DNA of 64,000 bases. It comes from Auanema rhodensis (taxonomy: Eukaryota; Animalia; Nematoda). Made by a program: the position numbers and the translations under genes. The notes beneath the pieces were generated by a model, which saw only the letters and a program-made list of their open reading frames with translations, made no database searches and was not told the DNA's origin. Below are positions 27,901 through 43,000 of the stretch, piece after piece. Numbering within the stretch: position 1 is the first letter of the stretch; each line of letters opens with the position of its first letter. The stretch covers positions 20,026,001-20,090,000 of the forward strand of contig OZ059896.1 in the NCBI GenBank assembly GCA_964057225.1. Reading direction: 5' to 3'.

Positions 27901-30900
27901 ATATCAGTTGATATCTCGGTGCATTTTCAAGCTAGCGCAAATCTGATAACACAGATCGACGCAGCTTAAAAATCCGCATCGAATGCACTATACTACATTG
28001 AGAAACGCTTGATACAAAAATTAGTTATGATCGTTTGAAAAATGATGCATTAGTGTATGTTGAGTTTCCATGTACACTCAACATTGCTTCCAAAAACATT
28101 TTGACAAAAATTTTTTCGAAAAATTTCAAAATAATTTAGCAAAAAGTAGATGTTTTTAGATTCCATTTTTCAAGGCAAAGACGATAGACAATGTTATTCA
28201 ACGAAAAAATTAATTCTTCAGGGTGAAAATCGAGGATATAAGTGTGAACTTATATCAGTTGATATCTCGGTGCATTTTCAAGCTAGCGCAAATCTGATAA
28301 CACAGATCGACGCAGCTTAAAAATCCGCATCGAATGCACTATACTACATTGAGAAACGCTTGATACAAAAATTAGTTATGATCGTTTGAAAAATGATGCA
28401 TTAGTGTATGTTGAGTTTCCATGTACACTCAACATTGCTTCCAAAAACATTTTGACAAAAATTTTTTCGAAAAATTTCAAAATAATTTAGCAAAAAGTAG
28501 ATGTTTTTAGAATCCATTTTCCAAGGCAAAGACGATAGACAATGTTATTCAACGAAAAAATTAATTCTTCAGGGTGAAAATCGAGGATATAAGTGTGAAC
28601 TTATATCAGTTGATATCTCGGTGCATTTTCAAGCTAGCGCAAATCTGATAACACAGATCGACGCAGCTTAAAAATCCGCATCGAATGCACTATACTACAT
28701 TGAGAAACGCTTGATACAAAAATTAGTTATGATCGTTTGAAAAATGATGCATTAGTGTATGTTGAGTTTCCATGTACACTCAACATTGCTTCCAAAAACA
28801 TTTTGACAAAAATTTTTTCGAAAAATTTCAAAATAATTTAGCAAAAAGTAGATGTTTTTAGATTCCATTTTTCAAGGCAAAGACGATAGACAATGTTATT
28901 CAACGAAAAAATTAATTCTTCAGGGTGAAAATCGAGGATATAAGTGTGAACTTATATCAGTTGATATCTCGGTGCATTTTCAAGCTAGCGCAAATCTGAT
29001 AACACAGATCGACGCAGCTTAAAAATCCGCATCGAATGCACTATACTACATTGAGAAACGCTTGATACAAAAATTAGTTATGATCGTTTGAAAAATGATG
29101 CATTAGTGTATGTTGAGTTTCCATGTACACTCAACATTGCTTCCAAAAACATTTTGACAAAAATTTTTTCGAAAAATTTCAAAATAATTTAGCAAAAAGT
29201 AGATGTTTTTAGATTCCATTTTTCGAGGCAAAGACGATAGACAATGTTATTCAACGAAAAAATTATTTCTTCAGGGTGAAAATCGAGGATATAAGTGTGA
29301 ACATATATCAGTTGATATCTCGGTGCATTTTCAAGCTAGCGCAAATCTGATAACACAGATCGACGCAGCTTAAAAATCCGCATCGAATGCACTATACTAC
29401 ATTGAGAAACGCTTAATACAAAAATTAGTTATGATCGTTTGAAAAATGATGCATTAGTGTATGTTGAGTTTCCATGTACACTCAACATTGCTTCCAAAAA
29501 CATTTTGACAAAAATTTTTTCGAAAAATTTCAAAATAATTTAGCAAAAAGTAGATGTTTTTAGATTCCATTTTTCAAGGCAAAGACGATAGACAATGTTA
29601 TTCAACGAAAAAATTATTTCTTCAGGGTGAAAATCGAGGATATAAGTGTGAACATATATCAGTTGATATCTCGGTGCATTTTCAAGCTAGCGCAAATCTG
29701 ATAACACAGATCGACGCAGCTTAAAAATCCGCATCGAATGCACTATACTACATTGAGAAACGCTTAATACAAAAATTAGTTATGATCGTTTGAAAAATGA
29801 TGCATTAGTGTATGTTGAGTTTCCATGTACACTCAACATTGCTTCCAAAAACATTTTGACAAAAATTTTTTCGAAAAATTTCAAAATAATTTAGCAAAAA
29901 GTAGATGTTTTTAGATTTCTTTTTTTAAGGCAAAAACGATGGACAATGTTATTCAACGAAAAAATTAATTCTTCAGGGTGAAAATCGAGGATATAAGTGT
30001 GAACTTATATCAGTTGATATCTCGGTGCATTTTTAAGCTAGCGCAAATCTGATAACACAGATCGACGCAGCTTAAAAATCTGCATCGAATGCACTATACT
30101 ACATCAAGAAACGCTTGATACAAAAATTAGTTATGATCGTTTGAAAAATGATGCATTAGTGTATGTTGAGTTTCCATGTACACTCAACATTGCTTCCAAA
30201 AACATTTTGACAAAAATTTTTTCGAAAAATTTCAAAATAATTTAGCAAAAAGTAGATGTTTTTAGATTCCATTTTTCAAGGCAAAGACGATAGACAATGT
30301 TATTCAACGAAAAAATTAATTCTTCAGGGTGAAAATCGAGGATATAAGTGTGAACTTATATCAGTTGATATCTCGGTGCATTTTTAAGCTAGCGCAAATC
30401 TGATAACACAGATCGACGCAGCTTAAAAATCCACATCGAATGCACTATACTACATTGAGAAACGCTTGATACAAAAATTAGTTATGATCGTTTGAAAAAT
30501 GATGCATTAGTGTATGTTGAGTTTCCATGTACACTCAACATTGCTTCCAAAAACATTTTGACAAAAATTTTTTCGAAAAATTTCAAAATAATTTAGCAAA
30601 AAGTAGATGTTTTTAGATTCCTTTTTTCAAGGCAAAGACGATGGACAATGTTATTCAACGAAAAAACTAATTCTTCAGGGTGAAAATCAAGGATATAAGT
30701 GTGAACTTAAATCAGTTGATATCTCGGTGCATTTTTAAGCTAGCGCAAATCTGATAACACAGATCGACGCAGCTTAAAAATCCGCATCGAATGCACTATA
30801 CTACATTGAGAAACGCTTAATACAAAAATTAGTTATGATCGTTTGAAAAATGATGCATTAGTGTATGTTGAGTTTCCATGTACACTCAACATTGCTTCCA

Positions 30901-33336
30901 AAAACATTTTGACAAAAATTTTTTCGAAAAATTTCAAAATAATTTAGCAAAAAGTAGATGTTTTTAGATTCCATTTTTCAAGGCAAAGACGATAGACAAT
31001 GTTATTCAACGAAAAAATTATTTCTTCAGGGTGAAAATCGAGGATATAAGTGTGAACATATATCAGTTGATATCTCGGTGCATTTTCAAGCTAGCGCAAA
31101 TCTGATAACACAGATCGACGCAGCTTAAAAATCCGCATCGAATGCACTATACTACATTGAGAAACGCTTAATACAAAAATTAGTTATGATCGTTTGAAAA
31201 ATGATGCATTAGTGTATGTTGAGTTTCCATGTACACTCAACATTGCTTCCAAAAACATTTTGACAAAAATTTTTTCGAAAAATTTCAAAATAATTTAGCA
31301 AAAAGTAGATGTTTTTAGATTTCTTTTTTTAAGGCAAAAACGATGGACAATGTTATTCAACGAAAAAATTAATTCTTCAGGGTGAAAATCGAGGATATAA
31401 GTGTGAACTTATATCAGTTGATATCTCGGTGCATTTTTAAGCTAGCGCAAATCTGATAACACAGATCGACGCAGCTTAAAAATCTGCATCGAATGCACTA
31501 TACTACATCAAGAAACGCTTGATACAAAAATTAGTTATGATCGTTTGAAAAATGATGCATTAGTGTATGTTGAGTTTCCATGTACACTCAACATTGCTTC
31601 CAAAAACATTTTGACAAAAATTTTTTGGAAAAATTTCAAAATAATTTAGCAAAAAGTAGATGTTTTTAGATTCCATTTTTCAAGGCAAAGACGATAGACA
31701 ATGTTATTCAACGAAAAAATTAATTCTTCAGGGTGAAAATCGAGGATATAAGTGTGAACTTATATCAGTTGATATCTCGGTGCATTTTCAAGCTAGCGCA
31801 AATCTGATAACACAGATCGACGCAGCTTAAAAATCCGCATCGAATGCACTATACTACATTGAGAAACGCTTAATACAAAAATTAGTTATGATCGTTTGAA
31901 AAATGATGCATTAGTGTATGTTGAGTTTCCATGTACACTCAACATTGCTTCCAAAAACATTTTGACAAAAATTTTTTCGAAAAATTTCAAAATAATTTAG
32001 CAAAAAGTAGATGTTTTTAGATTCCATTTTTCAAGGCAAAGACGATAGACAATGTTATTCAACGAAAAAATTAATTCTTCAGGGTGAAAATCGAGGATAT
32101 AAGTGTGAACTTATATCAGTTGATATCTCGGTGCATTTTCAAGCTAGCGCAAATCTGATAACACAGATCGACGCAGCTTAAAAATCCGCATCGAATGCAC
32201 TATACTACATTGAGAAACGCTTGATACAAAATTAGTTATGATCGTTTGAAAAATGATGCATTAGTGTATGTTGAGTTTCCATGTACACTCAACATTGCTT
32301 CCAAAAACATTTTGACAAAAATTTTTTCGAAAAATTTCAAAATAATTTAGCAAAAAGTAGATGTTTTTAGATTCCATTTTTCAAGGCAAAGACGATAGAC
32401 AATGTTATTCAACGAAAAAATTAATTCTTCAGGGTGAAAATCGAGGATATAAGTGTGAACTTATATCAGTTGATATCTCGGTGCATTTTCAAGCTAGCGC
32501 AAATCTGATAACACAGATCGACGCAGCTTAAAAATCCGCATCGAATGCACTATACTACATTGAGAAACGCTTGATACAAAAATTAGTTATGATCGTTTGA
32601 AAAATGATGCATTAGTGTATGTTGAGTTTCCATGTACACTCAACATTGCTTCCAAAAACATTTTGACAAAAATTTTTTCGAAAAATTTCAAAATAATTTA
32701 GCAAAAAGTAGATGTTTTTAGATTCCTTTTTTTAAGGCAAAGACGATAGACAATGTTATTCAACGAAAAAATTAATTCTTCAGGGTGAAAATCGAGGATA
32801 TAAGTGTGAACTTATATCAGTTGATATCTCGGTGCATTTTCAAGCTAGCGCAAATCTGATAACACAGATCGACGCAGCTTAAAAATCCGCATCGAATGCA
32901 CTATACTACATTGAGAAACGCTTGATACAAAAATTAGTTATGATCGTTTGAAAAATGATGCATTAGTGTATGTTGAGTTTCCATGTACACTCAACATTGC
33001 TTCCAAAAACATTTTGACAAAAATTTTTTCGAAAAATTTCAAAATAATTTAGCAAAAAGTAGATGTTTTTAGATTCCATTTTTCAAGGCAAAGACGATAG
33101 ACAATGTTATTCAACGAAAAAATTAATTCTTCAGGGTGAAAATCGAGGATATAAGTGTGAACTTATATCAGTTGATATCTCGGTGCATTTTCAAGCTAGC
33201 GCAAATCTGATAACACAGATCGACGCAGCTTAAAAATCCGCATCGAATGCACTATACTACATTGAGAAACGCTTGATACAAAAATTAGTTATGATCGTTT
33301 GAAAAATGATGCATTAGTGTATGTTGAGTTTCCATG

Positions 33337-36144
33337 TACACTCAACATTGCTTCCAAAAACATTTTGACAAAAATTTTTTCGAAAAATTTCAAAATAATT
33401 TAGCAAAAAGTAGATGTTTTTAGAATCCATTTTCCAAGGCAAAGACGATAGACAATGTTATTCAACGAAAAAATTAATTCTTCAGGGTGAAAATCGAGGA
33501 TATAAGTGTGAACTTATATCAGTTGATATCTCGGTGCATTTTCAAGCTAGCGCAAATCTGATAACACAGATCGACGCAGCTTAAAAATCCGCATCGAATG
33601 CACTATACTACATTGAGAAATGCTTGATACAAAAATTAGTTATGATCGTTTGAAAAATGATGCATTAGTGTATGTTGAGTTTCCATGTACACTCAACATT
33701 GCTTCCAAAAACATTTTGACAAAAATTTTTTCGAAAAATTTCAAAATAATTTAGCAAAAAGTAGATGTTTTTAGATTCCATTTTTCAAGGCAAAGACGAT
33801 AGACAATGTTATTCAACGAAAAAATTAATTCTTCAGGGTGAAAATCGAGGATATAAGTGTGAACTTATATCAGTTGATATCTCGGTGCATTTTCAAGCTA
33901 GCGCAAATCTGATAACACAGATCGACGCAGCTTAAAAATCCGCATCGAATGCACTATACTACATTGAGAAACGCTTGATACAAAAATTAGTTATGATCGT
34001 TTGAAAAATGATGCATTAGTGTATGTTGAGTTTCCATGTACACTCAACATTGCTTCCAAAAACATTTTGACAAAAATTTTTTCGAAAAATTTCAAAATAA
34101 TTTAGCAAAAAGTAGATGTTTTTAGATTCCATTTTTCAAGGCAAAGACGATAGACAATGTTATTCAACGAAAAAATTAATTCTTCAGGGTGAAAATCGAG
34201 GATATAAGTGTGAACTTATATCAGTTGATATCTCGGTGCATTTTCAAGCTAGCGCAAATCTGATAACACAGATCGACGCAGCTTAAAAATCCGCATCGAA
34301 TGCACTATACTACATTGAGAAACGCTTGATACAAAAATTAGTTATGATCGTTTGAAAAATGATGCATTAGTGTATGTTGAGTTTCCATGTACACTCAACA
34401 TTGCTTCCAAAAACATTTTGACAAAAATTTTTTCGAAAAATTTCAAAATAATTTAGCAAAAAGTAGATGTTTTTAGATTCCATTTTTCGAGGCAAAGACG
34501 ATAGACAATGTTATTCAACGAAAAAATTATTTCTTCAGGGTGAAAATCGAGGATATAAGTGTGAACATATATCAGTTGATATCTCGGTGCATTTTCAAGC
34601 TAGCGCAAATCTGATAACACAGATCGACGCAGCTTAAAAATCCGCATCGAATGCACTATACTACATTGAGAAACGCTTAATACAAAAATTAGTTATGATC
34701 GTTTGAAAAATGATGCATTAGTGTATGTTGAGTTTCCATGTACACTCAACATTGCTTCCAAAAACATTTTGACAAAAATTTTTTCGAAAAATTTCAAAAT
34801 AATTTAGCAAAAAGTAGATGTTTTTAGAATCCATTTTCCAAGGCAAAGACGATAGACAATGTTATTCAACGAAAAAATTAATTCTTCAGGGTGAAAATCG
34901 AGGATATAAGTGTGAACTTATATCAGTTGATATCTCGGTGCATTTTCAAGCTAGCGCAAATCTGATAACACAGATCGACGCAGCTTTAAAATCCGCATCG
35001 AATGCACTATACTACATTGAGAAATGCTTGATACAAAAATTAGTTATGATCGTTTGAAAAATGATGCATTAGTGTATGTTGAGTTTCCATGTACACTCAA
35101 CATTGCTTCCAAAAACATTTTGACAAAAATTTTTTCGAAAAATTTCAAAATAATTTAGCAAAAAGTAGATGTTTTTAGATTCCATTTTTCAAGGCAAAGA
35201 CGATAGACAATGTTATTCAACGAAAAAATTAATTCTTCAGGGTGAAAATCGAGGATATAAGTGTGAACTTATATCAGTTGATATCTCGGTGCATTTTCAA
35301 GCTAGCGCAAATCTGATAACACAGATCGACGCAGCTTAAAAATCCGCATCGAATGCACTATACTACATTGAGAAACGCTTGATACAAAAATTAGTTATGA
35401 TCGTTTGAAAAATGATGCATTAGTGTATGTTGAGTTTCCATGTACACTCAACATTGCTTCCAAAAACATTTTGACAAAAATTTTTTCGAAAAATTTCAAA
35501 ATAATTTAGCAAAAAGTAGATGTTTTTAGATTCCATTTTTCAAGGCAAAGACGATAGACAATGTTATTCAACGAAAAAATTAATTCTTCAGGGTGAAAAT
35601 CGAGGATATAAGTGTGAACTTATATCAGTTGATATCTCGGTGCATTTTCAAGCTAGCGCAAATCTGATAACACAGATCGACGCAGCTTAAAAATCCGCAT
35701 CGAATGCACTATACTACATTGAGAAACGCTTGATACAAAAATTAGTTATGATCGTTTGAAAAATGATGCATTAGTGTATGTTGAGTTTCCATGTACACTC
35801 AACATTGCTTCCAAAAACATTTTGACAAAAATTTTTTCGAAAAATTTCAAAATAATTTAGCAAAAAGTAGATGTTTTTAGATTCCATTTTTCGAGGCAAA
35901 GACGATAGACAATGTTATTCAACGAAAAAATTATTTCTTCAGGGTGAAAATCGAGGATATAAGTGTGAACATATATCAGTTGATATCTCGGTGCATTTTC
36001 AAGCTAGCGCAAATCTGATAACACAGATCGACGCAGCTTAAAAATCCGCATCGAATGCACTATACTACATTGAGAAACGCTTAATACAAAAATTAGTTAT
36101 GATCGTTTGAAAAATGATGCATTAGTGTATGTTGAGTTTCCATG
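33337..36144. repeat. Tandem duplication of a 4-monomer unit (1404 bp x 2)
   Basis: T89A+T98C+C285T copies at 33337 and 34741; A100G+A141T+T178A copies at 34390 and 35794. Confidence 0.85.
34818..35057 (+). other. 79-codon ORF within one satellite copy; most likely incidental and non-coding
   Basis: It starts at the ATG at m78 shared by almost all copies. It is open here only because of a private TAA>TTA change (A247T, window 34987) plus C alleles at m99 and m207. No recognisable protein motif. Confidence refers to the ORF being a real gene. Confidence 0.05.
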
Positions 36145-37197
36145 TACACTCAACATTGCTTCCAAAAACATTTTGACAAAAATTTTTTCGAAAAATTTCA
36201 AAATAATTTAGCAAAAAGTAGATGTTTTTAGATTCCATTTTTCAAGGCAAAGACGATAGACAATGTTATTCAACGAAAAAATTATTTCTTCAGGGTGAAA
36301 ATCGAGGATATAAGTGTGAACATATATCAGTTGATATCTCGGTGCATTTTCAAGCTAGCGCAAATCTGATAACACAGATCGACGCAGCTTAAAAATCCGC
36401 ATCGAATGCACTATACTACATTGAGAAACGCTTAATACAAAAATTAGTTATGATCGTTTGAAAAATGATGCATTAGTGTATGTTGAGTTTCCATGTACAC
36501 TCAACATTGCTTCCAAAAACATTTTGACAAAAATTTTTTCGAAAAATTTCAAAATAATTTAGCAAAAAGTAGATGTTTTTAGATTTCTTTTTTTAAGGCA
36601 AAAACGATGGACAATGTTATTCAACGAAAAAATTAATTCTTCAGGGTGAAAATCGAGGATATAAGTGTGAACTTATATCAGTTGATATCTCGGTGCATTT
36701 TTAAGCTAGCGCAAATCTGATAACACAGATCGACGCAGCTTAAAAATCTGCATCGAATGCACTATACTACATCAAGAAACGCTTGATACAAAAATTAGTT
36801 ATGATCGTTTGAAAAATGATGCATTAGTGTATGTTGAGTTTCCATGTACACTCAACATTGCTTCCAAAAACATTTTGACAAAAATTTTTTCGAAAAATTT
36901 CAAAATAATTTAGCAAAAAGTAGATGTTTTTAGATTCCTTTTTTCAAGGCAAAGACGATAGACAATGTTATTCAACGAAAAAATTAATTCTTCAGGGTGA
37001 AAATCGAGGATATAAGTGTGAACTTATATCAGTTGATATCTCGGTGCATTTTTAAGCTAGCGCAAATCTGATAACACAGATCGACGCAGCTTAAAAATCC
37101 ACATCGAATGCACTATACTACATCAAGAAACGCTTAATACAAAAATTAGTTATGATCGTTTGAAAAATGATGCATTAGTGTATGTTGAGTTTCCATG

Positions 37198-40005
37198 TAC
37201 ACTCAACATTGCTTCCAAAAACATTTTGACAAAAATTTTTTCGAAAAATTTCAAAATAATTTAGCAAAAAGTAGATGTTTTTAGATTCCATTTTTCAAGG
37301 CAAAGACGATAGACAATGTTATTCAACGAAAAAATTATTTCTTCAGGGTGAAAATCGAGGATATAAGTGTGAACATATATCAGTTGATATCTCGGTGCAT
37401 TTTCAAGCTAGCGCAAATCTGATAACACAGATCGACGCAGCTTAAAAATCCGCATCGAATGCACTATACTACATTGAGAAACGCTTAATACAAAAATTAG
37501 TTATGATCGTTTGAAAAATGATGCATTAGTGTATGTTGAGTTTCCATGTACACTCAACATTGCTTCCAAAAACATTTTGACAAAAATTTTTTCGAAAAAT
37601 TTCAAAATAATTTAGCAAAAAGTAGATGTTTTTAGATTTCTTTTTTTAAGGCAAAAACGATGGACAATGTTATTCAACGAAAAAATTAATTCTTCAGGGT
37701 GAAAATCGAGGATATAAGTGTGAACTTATATCAGTTGATATCTCGGTGCATTTTTAAGCTAGCGCAAATCTGATAACACAGATCGACGCAGCTTAAAAAT
37801 CTGCATCGAATGCACTATACTACATCAAGAAACGCTTGATACAAAAATTAGTTATGATCGTTTGAAAAATGATGCATTAGTGTATGTTGAGTTTCCATGT
37901 ACACTCAACATTGCTTCCAAAAACATTTTGACAAAAATTTTTTCGAAAAATTTCAAAATAATTTAGCAAAAAGTAGATGTTTTTAGATTCCATTTTTCAA
38001 GGCAAAGACGATAGACAATGTTATTCAACGAAAAAATTAATTCTTCAGGGTGAAAATCGAGGATATAAGTGTGAACTTATATCAGTTGATATCTCGGTGC
38101 ATTTTTAAGCTAGCGCAAATCTGATAACACAGATCGACGCAGCTTAAAAATCCACATCGAATGCACTATACTACATTGAGAAACGCTTGATACAAAAATT
38201 AGTTATGATCGTTTGAAAAATGATGCATTAGTGTATGTTGAGTTTCCATGTACACTCAACATTGCTTCCAAAAACATTTTGACAAAAATTTTTTCGAAAA
38301 ATTTCAAAATAATTTAGCAAAAAGTAGATGTTTTTAGATTCCTTTTTTCAAGGCAAAGACGATGGACAATGTTATTCAACGAAAAAATTAATTCTTCAGG
38401 GTGAAAATCGAGGATATAAGTGTGAACTTAAATCAGTTGATATCTCGGTGCATTTTTAAACTAGCGCAAATCTGATAACACAGATCGACGCAGCTTAAAA
38501 ATCTGCATCGAATGCACTATACTACATCAAGAAACGCTTAATACAAAAATTAGTTATGATCGTTTGAAAAATGATGCATTAGTGTATGTTGAGTTTCCAT
38601 GTACACTCAACATTGCTTCCAAAAACATTTTGACAAAAATTTTTTCGAAAAATTTCAAAATAATTTAGCAAAAAGTAGATGTTTTTAGATTCCATTTTTC
38701 AAGGCAAAGACGATAGACAATGTTATTCAACGAAAAAATTATTTCTTCAGGGTGAAAATCGAGGATATAAGTGTGAACATATATCAGTTGATATCTCGGT
38801 GCATTTTCAAGCTAGCGCAAATCTGATAACACAGATCGACGCAGCTTAAAAATCCGCATCGAATGCACTATACTACATTGAGAAACGCTTAATACAAAAA
38901 TTAGTTATGATCGTTTGAAAAATGATGCATTAGTGTATGTTGAGTTTCCATGTACACTCAACATTGCTTCCAAAAACATTTTGACAAAAATTTTTTCGAA
39001 AAATTTCAAAATAATTTAGCAAAAAGTAGATGTTTTTAGATTTCTTTTTTTAAGGCAAAAACGATGGACAATGTTATTCAACGAAAAAATTAATTCTTCA
39101 GGGTGAAAATCGAGGATATAAGTGTGAACTTATATCAGTTGATATCTCGGTGCATTTTTAAGCTAGCGCAAATCTGATAACACAGATCGACGCAGCTTAA
39201 AAATCTGCATCGAATGCACTATACTACATCAAGAAACGCTTGATACAAAAATTAGTTATGATCGTTTGAAAAATGATGCATTAGTGTATGTTGAGTTTCC
39301 ATGTACACTCAACATTGCTTCCAAAAACATTTTGACAAAAATTTTTTCGAAAAATTTCAAAATAATTTAGCAAAAAGTAGATGTTTTTAGATTCCATTTT
39401 TCAAGGCAAAGACGATAGACAATGTTATTCAACGAAAAAATTAATTCTTCAGGGTGAAAATCGAGGATATAAGTGTGAACTTATATCAGTTGATATCTCG
39501 GTGCATTTTTAAGCTAGCGCAAATCTGATAACACAGATCGACGCAGCTTAAAAATCCACATCGAATGCACTATACTACATTGAGAAACGCTTGATACAAA
39601 AATTAGTTATGATCGTTTGAAAAATGATGCATTAGGGTATGTTGAGTTTCCATGTACACTCAACATTGCTTCCAAAAACATTTTGACAAAAATTTTTTCG
39701 AAAAATTTCAAAATAATTTAGCAAAAAGTAGATGTTTTTAGATTCCTTTTTTCAAGGCAAAGACGATGGACAATGTTATTCAACGAAAAAATTAATTCTT
39801 CAGGGTGAAAATCGAGGATATAAGTGTGAACTTAAATCAGTTGATATCTCGGTGCATTTTTAAGCTAGCGCAAATCTGATAACACAGATCGACGCAGCTT
39901 AAAAATCTGCATCGAATGCACTATACTACATCAAGAAACGCTTGATACAAAAATTAGTTATGATCGTTTGAAAAATGATGCATTAGTGTATGTTGAGTTT
40001 CCATG
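37198..40005. repeat. Tandem duplication of a 4-monomer unit, with a related copy at 29477-30880
   Basis: Order [A141T,T178A], [C91T,C254T,TG>CA], [G255A], [T181A] starts at 37198, 38602 and 29477. Confidence 0.8.
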
Positions 40006-43000
40006 TACACTCAACATTGCTTCCAAAAACATTTTGACAAAAATTTTTTCGAAAAATTTCAAAATAATTTAGCAAAAAGTAGATGTTTTTAGATTCCATT
40101 TTTCAAGGCAAAGACGATAGACAATGTTATTCAACGAAAAAATTAATTCTTCAGGGTGAAAATCGAGGATATAAGTGTGAACTTATATCAGTTGATATCT
40201 CGGTGCATTTTTAAGCTAGCGCAAATCTGATAACACAGATCGACGCAGCTTAAAAATCCGCATCGAATGCACTATACTACATTGAGAAACGCTTAATACA
40301 AAAATTAGTTATGATCGTTTGAAAAATGATGCATTAGTGTATGTTGAGTTTCCATGTACACTCAACATTGCTTCCAAAAACATTTTGACAAAAATTTTTT
40401 CGAAAAATTTCAAAATAATTTAGCAAAAAGTAGATGTTTTTAGATTCCATTTTTCAAGGCAAAGACGATAGACAATGTTATTCAACGAAAAAATTAATTC
40501 TTCAGGGTGAAAATCGAGGATATAAGTGTGAACTTATATCAGTTGATATCTCGGTGCATTTTTAAGCTAGCGCAAATCTGATAACACAGATCGACGCAGC
40601 TTAAAAATCCACATCGAATGCACTATACTACATTGAGAAACGCTTGATACAAAAATTAGTTATGATCGTTTGAAAAATGATGCATTAGTGTATGTTGAGT
40701 TTCCATGTACACTCAACATTGCTTCCAAAAACATTTTGACAAAAATTTTTTCGAAAAATTTCAAAATAATTTAGCAAAAAGTAGATGTTTTTAGATTCCT
40801 TTTTTCAAGGCAAAGACGATGGACAATGTTATTCAACGAAAAAATTAATTCTTCAGGGTGAAAATCGAGGATATAAGTGTGAACTTATATCAGTTGATAT
40901 CTCGGTGCATTTTTAAGCTAGCGCAAATCTGATAACACAGATCGGCGCAGCTTAAAATCCGCATCGAATGCACTATACTACATTGAGAAACGCTTGATAC
41001 AAAAATTAGTTATGATCGTTTGAAAAATGATGCATTAGTGTATGTTGAGTTTCCATGTACACTCAACATTGCTTCCAAAAACATTTTGACAAAAATTTTT
41101 TCGAAAAATTTCAAAATAATTTAGCAAAAAGTAGATGTTTTTAGATTCCTTTTTTTAAGGCAAAAACGATGGACAATGTTATTCAACGAAAAAATTAATT
41201 CTTCAGGGTGAAAATCGAGGATATAAGTGTGAACTTATATCAGTTGATATCTCGGTGCATTTTTAAGCTAGCGCAAATCTGATAACACAGATCGACGCAG
41301 CTTAAAAATCCGCATCGAATGCACTATACTACATTGAGAAACGCTTAATAAAAAAATTAGTTATGATCGTTTGAAAAATGATGCATTAGTGTATGTTGAG
41401 TTTCCATGTACACTCAACATTGCTTCCAAAAACATTTTGACAAAAATTTTTTCGAAAAATTTCAAAATAATTTAGCAAAAAGTAGATGTTTTTAGATTCC
41501 ATTTTTCAAGGCAAAGACGATAGACAATGTTATTCAACGAAAAAATTAATTCTTCAGGGTGAAAATCGAGGATATAAGTGTGAACTTATATCAGTCGATA
41601 TCTCGGTGCATTTTTAAGCTAGCGCAAATCTGATAACACAGATCGACGCAGCTTAAAAATCTGCATCGAATGCACTATACTACATCAAGAAACGCTTGAT
41701 ACAAAAATTAGTTATGATCGTTTGAAAAATGATGCATTAGTGTATGTTGAGTTTCCATGTACACTCAACATTGCTTCCAAAAACATTTTGACAAAAATTT
41801 TTTCGAAAAATTTCAAAATAATTTAGCAAAAAGTAGATGTTTTTAGATTCCTTTTTTTAAGGCAAAAACGATGGACAATGTTATTCAACGAAAAAATTAA
41901 TTCTTCAGGGTGAAAATCGAGGATATAAGTGTGAACTTATATCAGTTGATATCTCGGTGCATTTTTAAGCTAGCGCAAATCTGATAACACAGATCGACGC
42001 AGCTTAAAAATCCGCATCGAATGCACTATACTACATTGAGAAACGCTTAATACAAAAATTAGTTATGATCGTTTGAAAAATGATGCATTAGTGTATGTTG
42101 AGTTTCCATGTACACTCAACATTGCTTCCAAAAACATTTTGACAAAAATTTTTTCGAAAAATTTCAAAATAATTTAGCAAAAAGTAGATGTTTTTAGATT
42201 CCATTTTTCAAGGCAAAGACGATAGACAATGTTATTCAACGAAAAAATTAATTCTTCAGGGTGAAAATCGAGGATATAAGTGTGAACTTATATCAGTTGA
42301 TATCTCGGTGCATTTTCAAGCTAGCGCAAATCTGATAATACAGATCGACGCAGCTTAAAAATCCGCATCGAATGCACTATACTACATTGAGAAACGCTTA
42401 ATACAAAAATTAGTTATGATCGTTTGAAAAATGATGCATTAGTGTATGTTGAGTTTCCATGTACACTCAACATTGCTTCCAAAAACATTTTGACAAAAAT
42501 TTTTTCGAAAAATTTCAAAATAATTTAGCAAAAAGTAGATGTTTTTAGATTCCATTTTTCAAGGCAAAGACGATAGACAATGTTATTCAACGAAAAAATT
42601 AATTCTTCAGGGTGAAAATCGAGGATATAAGTGTGAACTTATATCAGTTGATATCTCGGTGCATTTTTAAGCTAGCGCAAATCTGATAACACAGATCGAC
42701 GCAGCTTAAAAATCCACATCGAATGCACTATACTACATTGAGAAACGCTTGATACAAAAATTAGTTATGATCGTTTGAAAAATGATGCATTAGTGTATGT
42801 TGAGTTTCCATGTACACTCAACATTGCTTCCAAAAACATTTTGACAAAAATTTTTTCGAAAAATTTCAAAATAATTTAGCAAAAAGTAGATGTTTTTAGA
42901 TTCCTTTTTTCAAGGCAAAGACGATGGACAATGTTATTCAACGAAAAAATTAATTCTTCAGGGTGAAAATCGAGGATATAAGTGTGAACTTATATCAGTT

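Noticed and set aside
34818-35057. Predicted 79-aa ORF as a genuine protein-coding gene
   Set aside because: It is a single satellite copy with a private stop-loss. The other copies terminate earlier, the rest of that frame holds several stops, and there is no recognisable domain.
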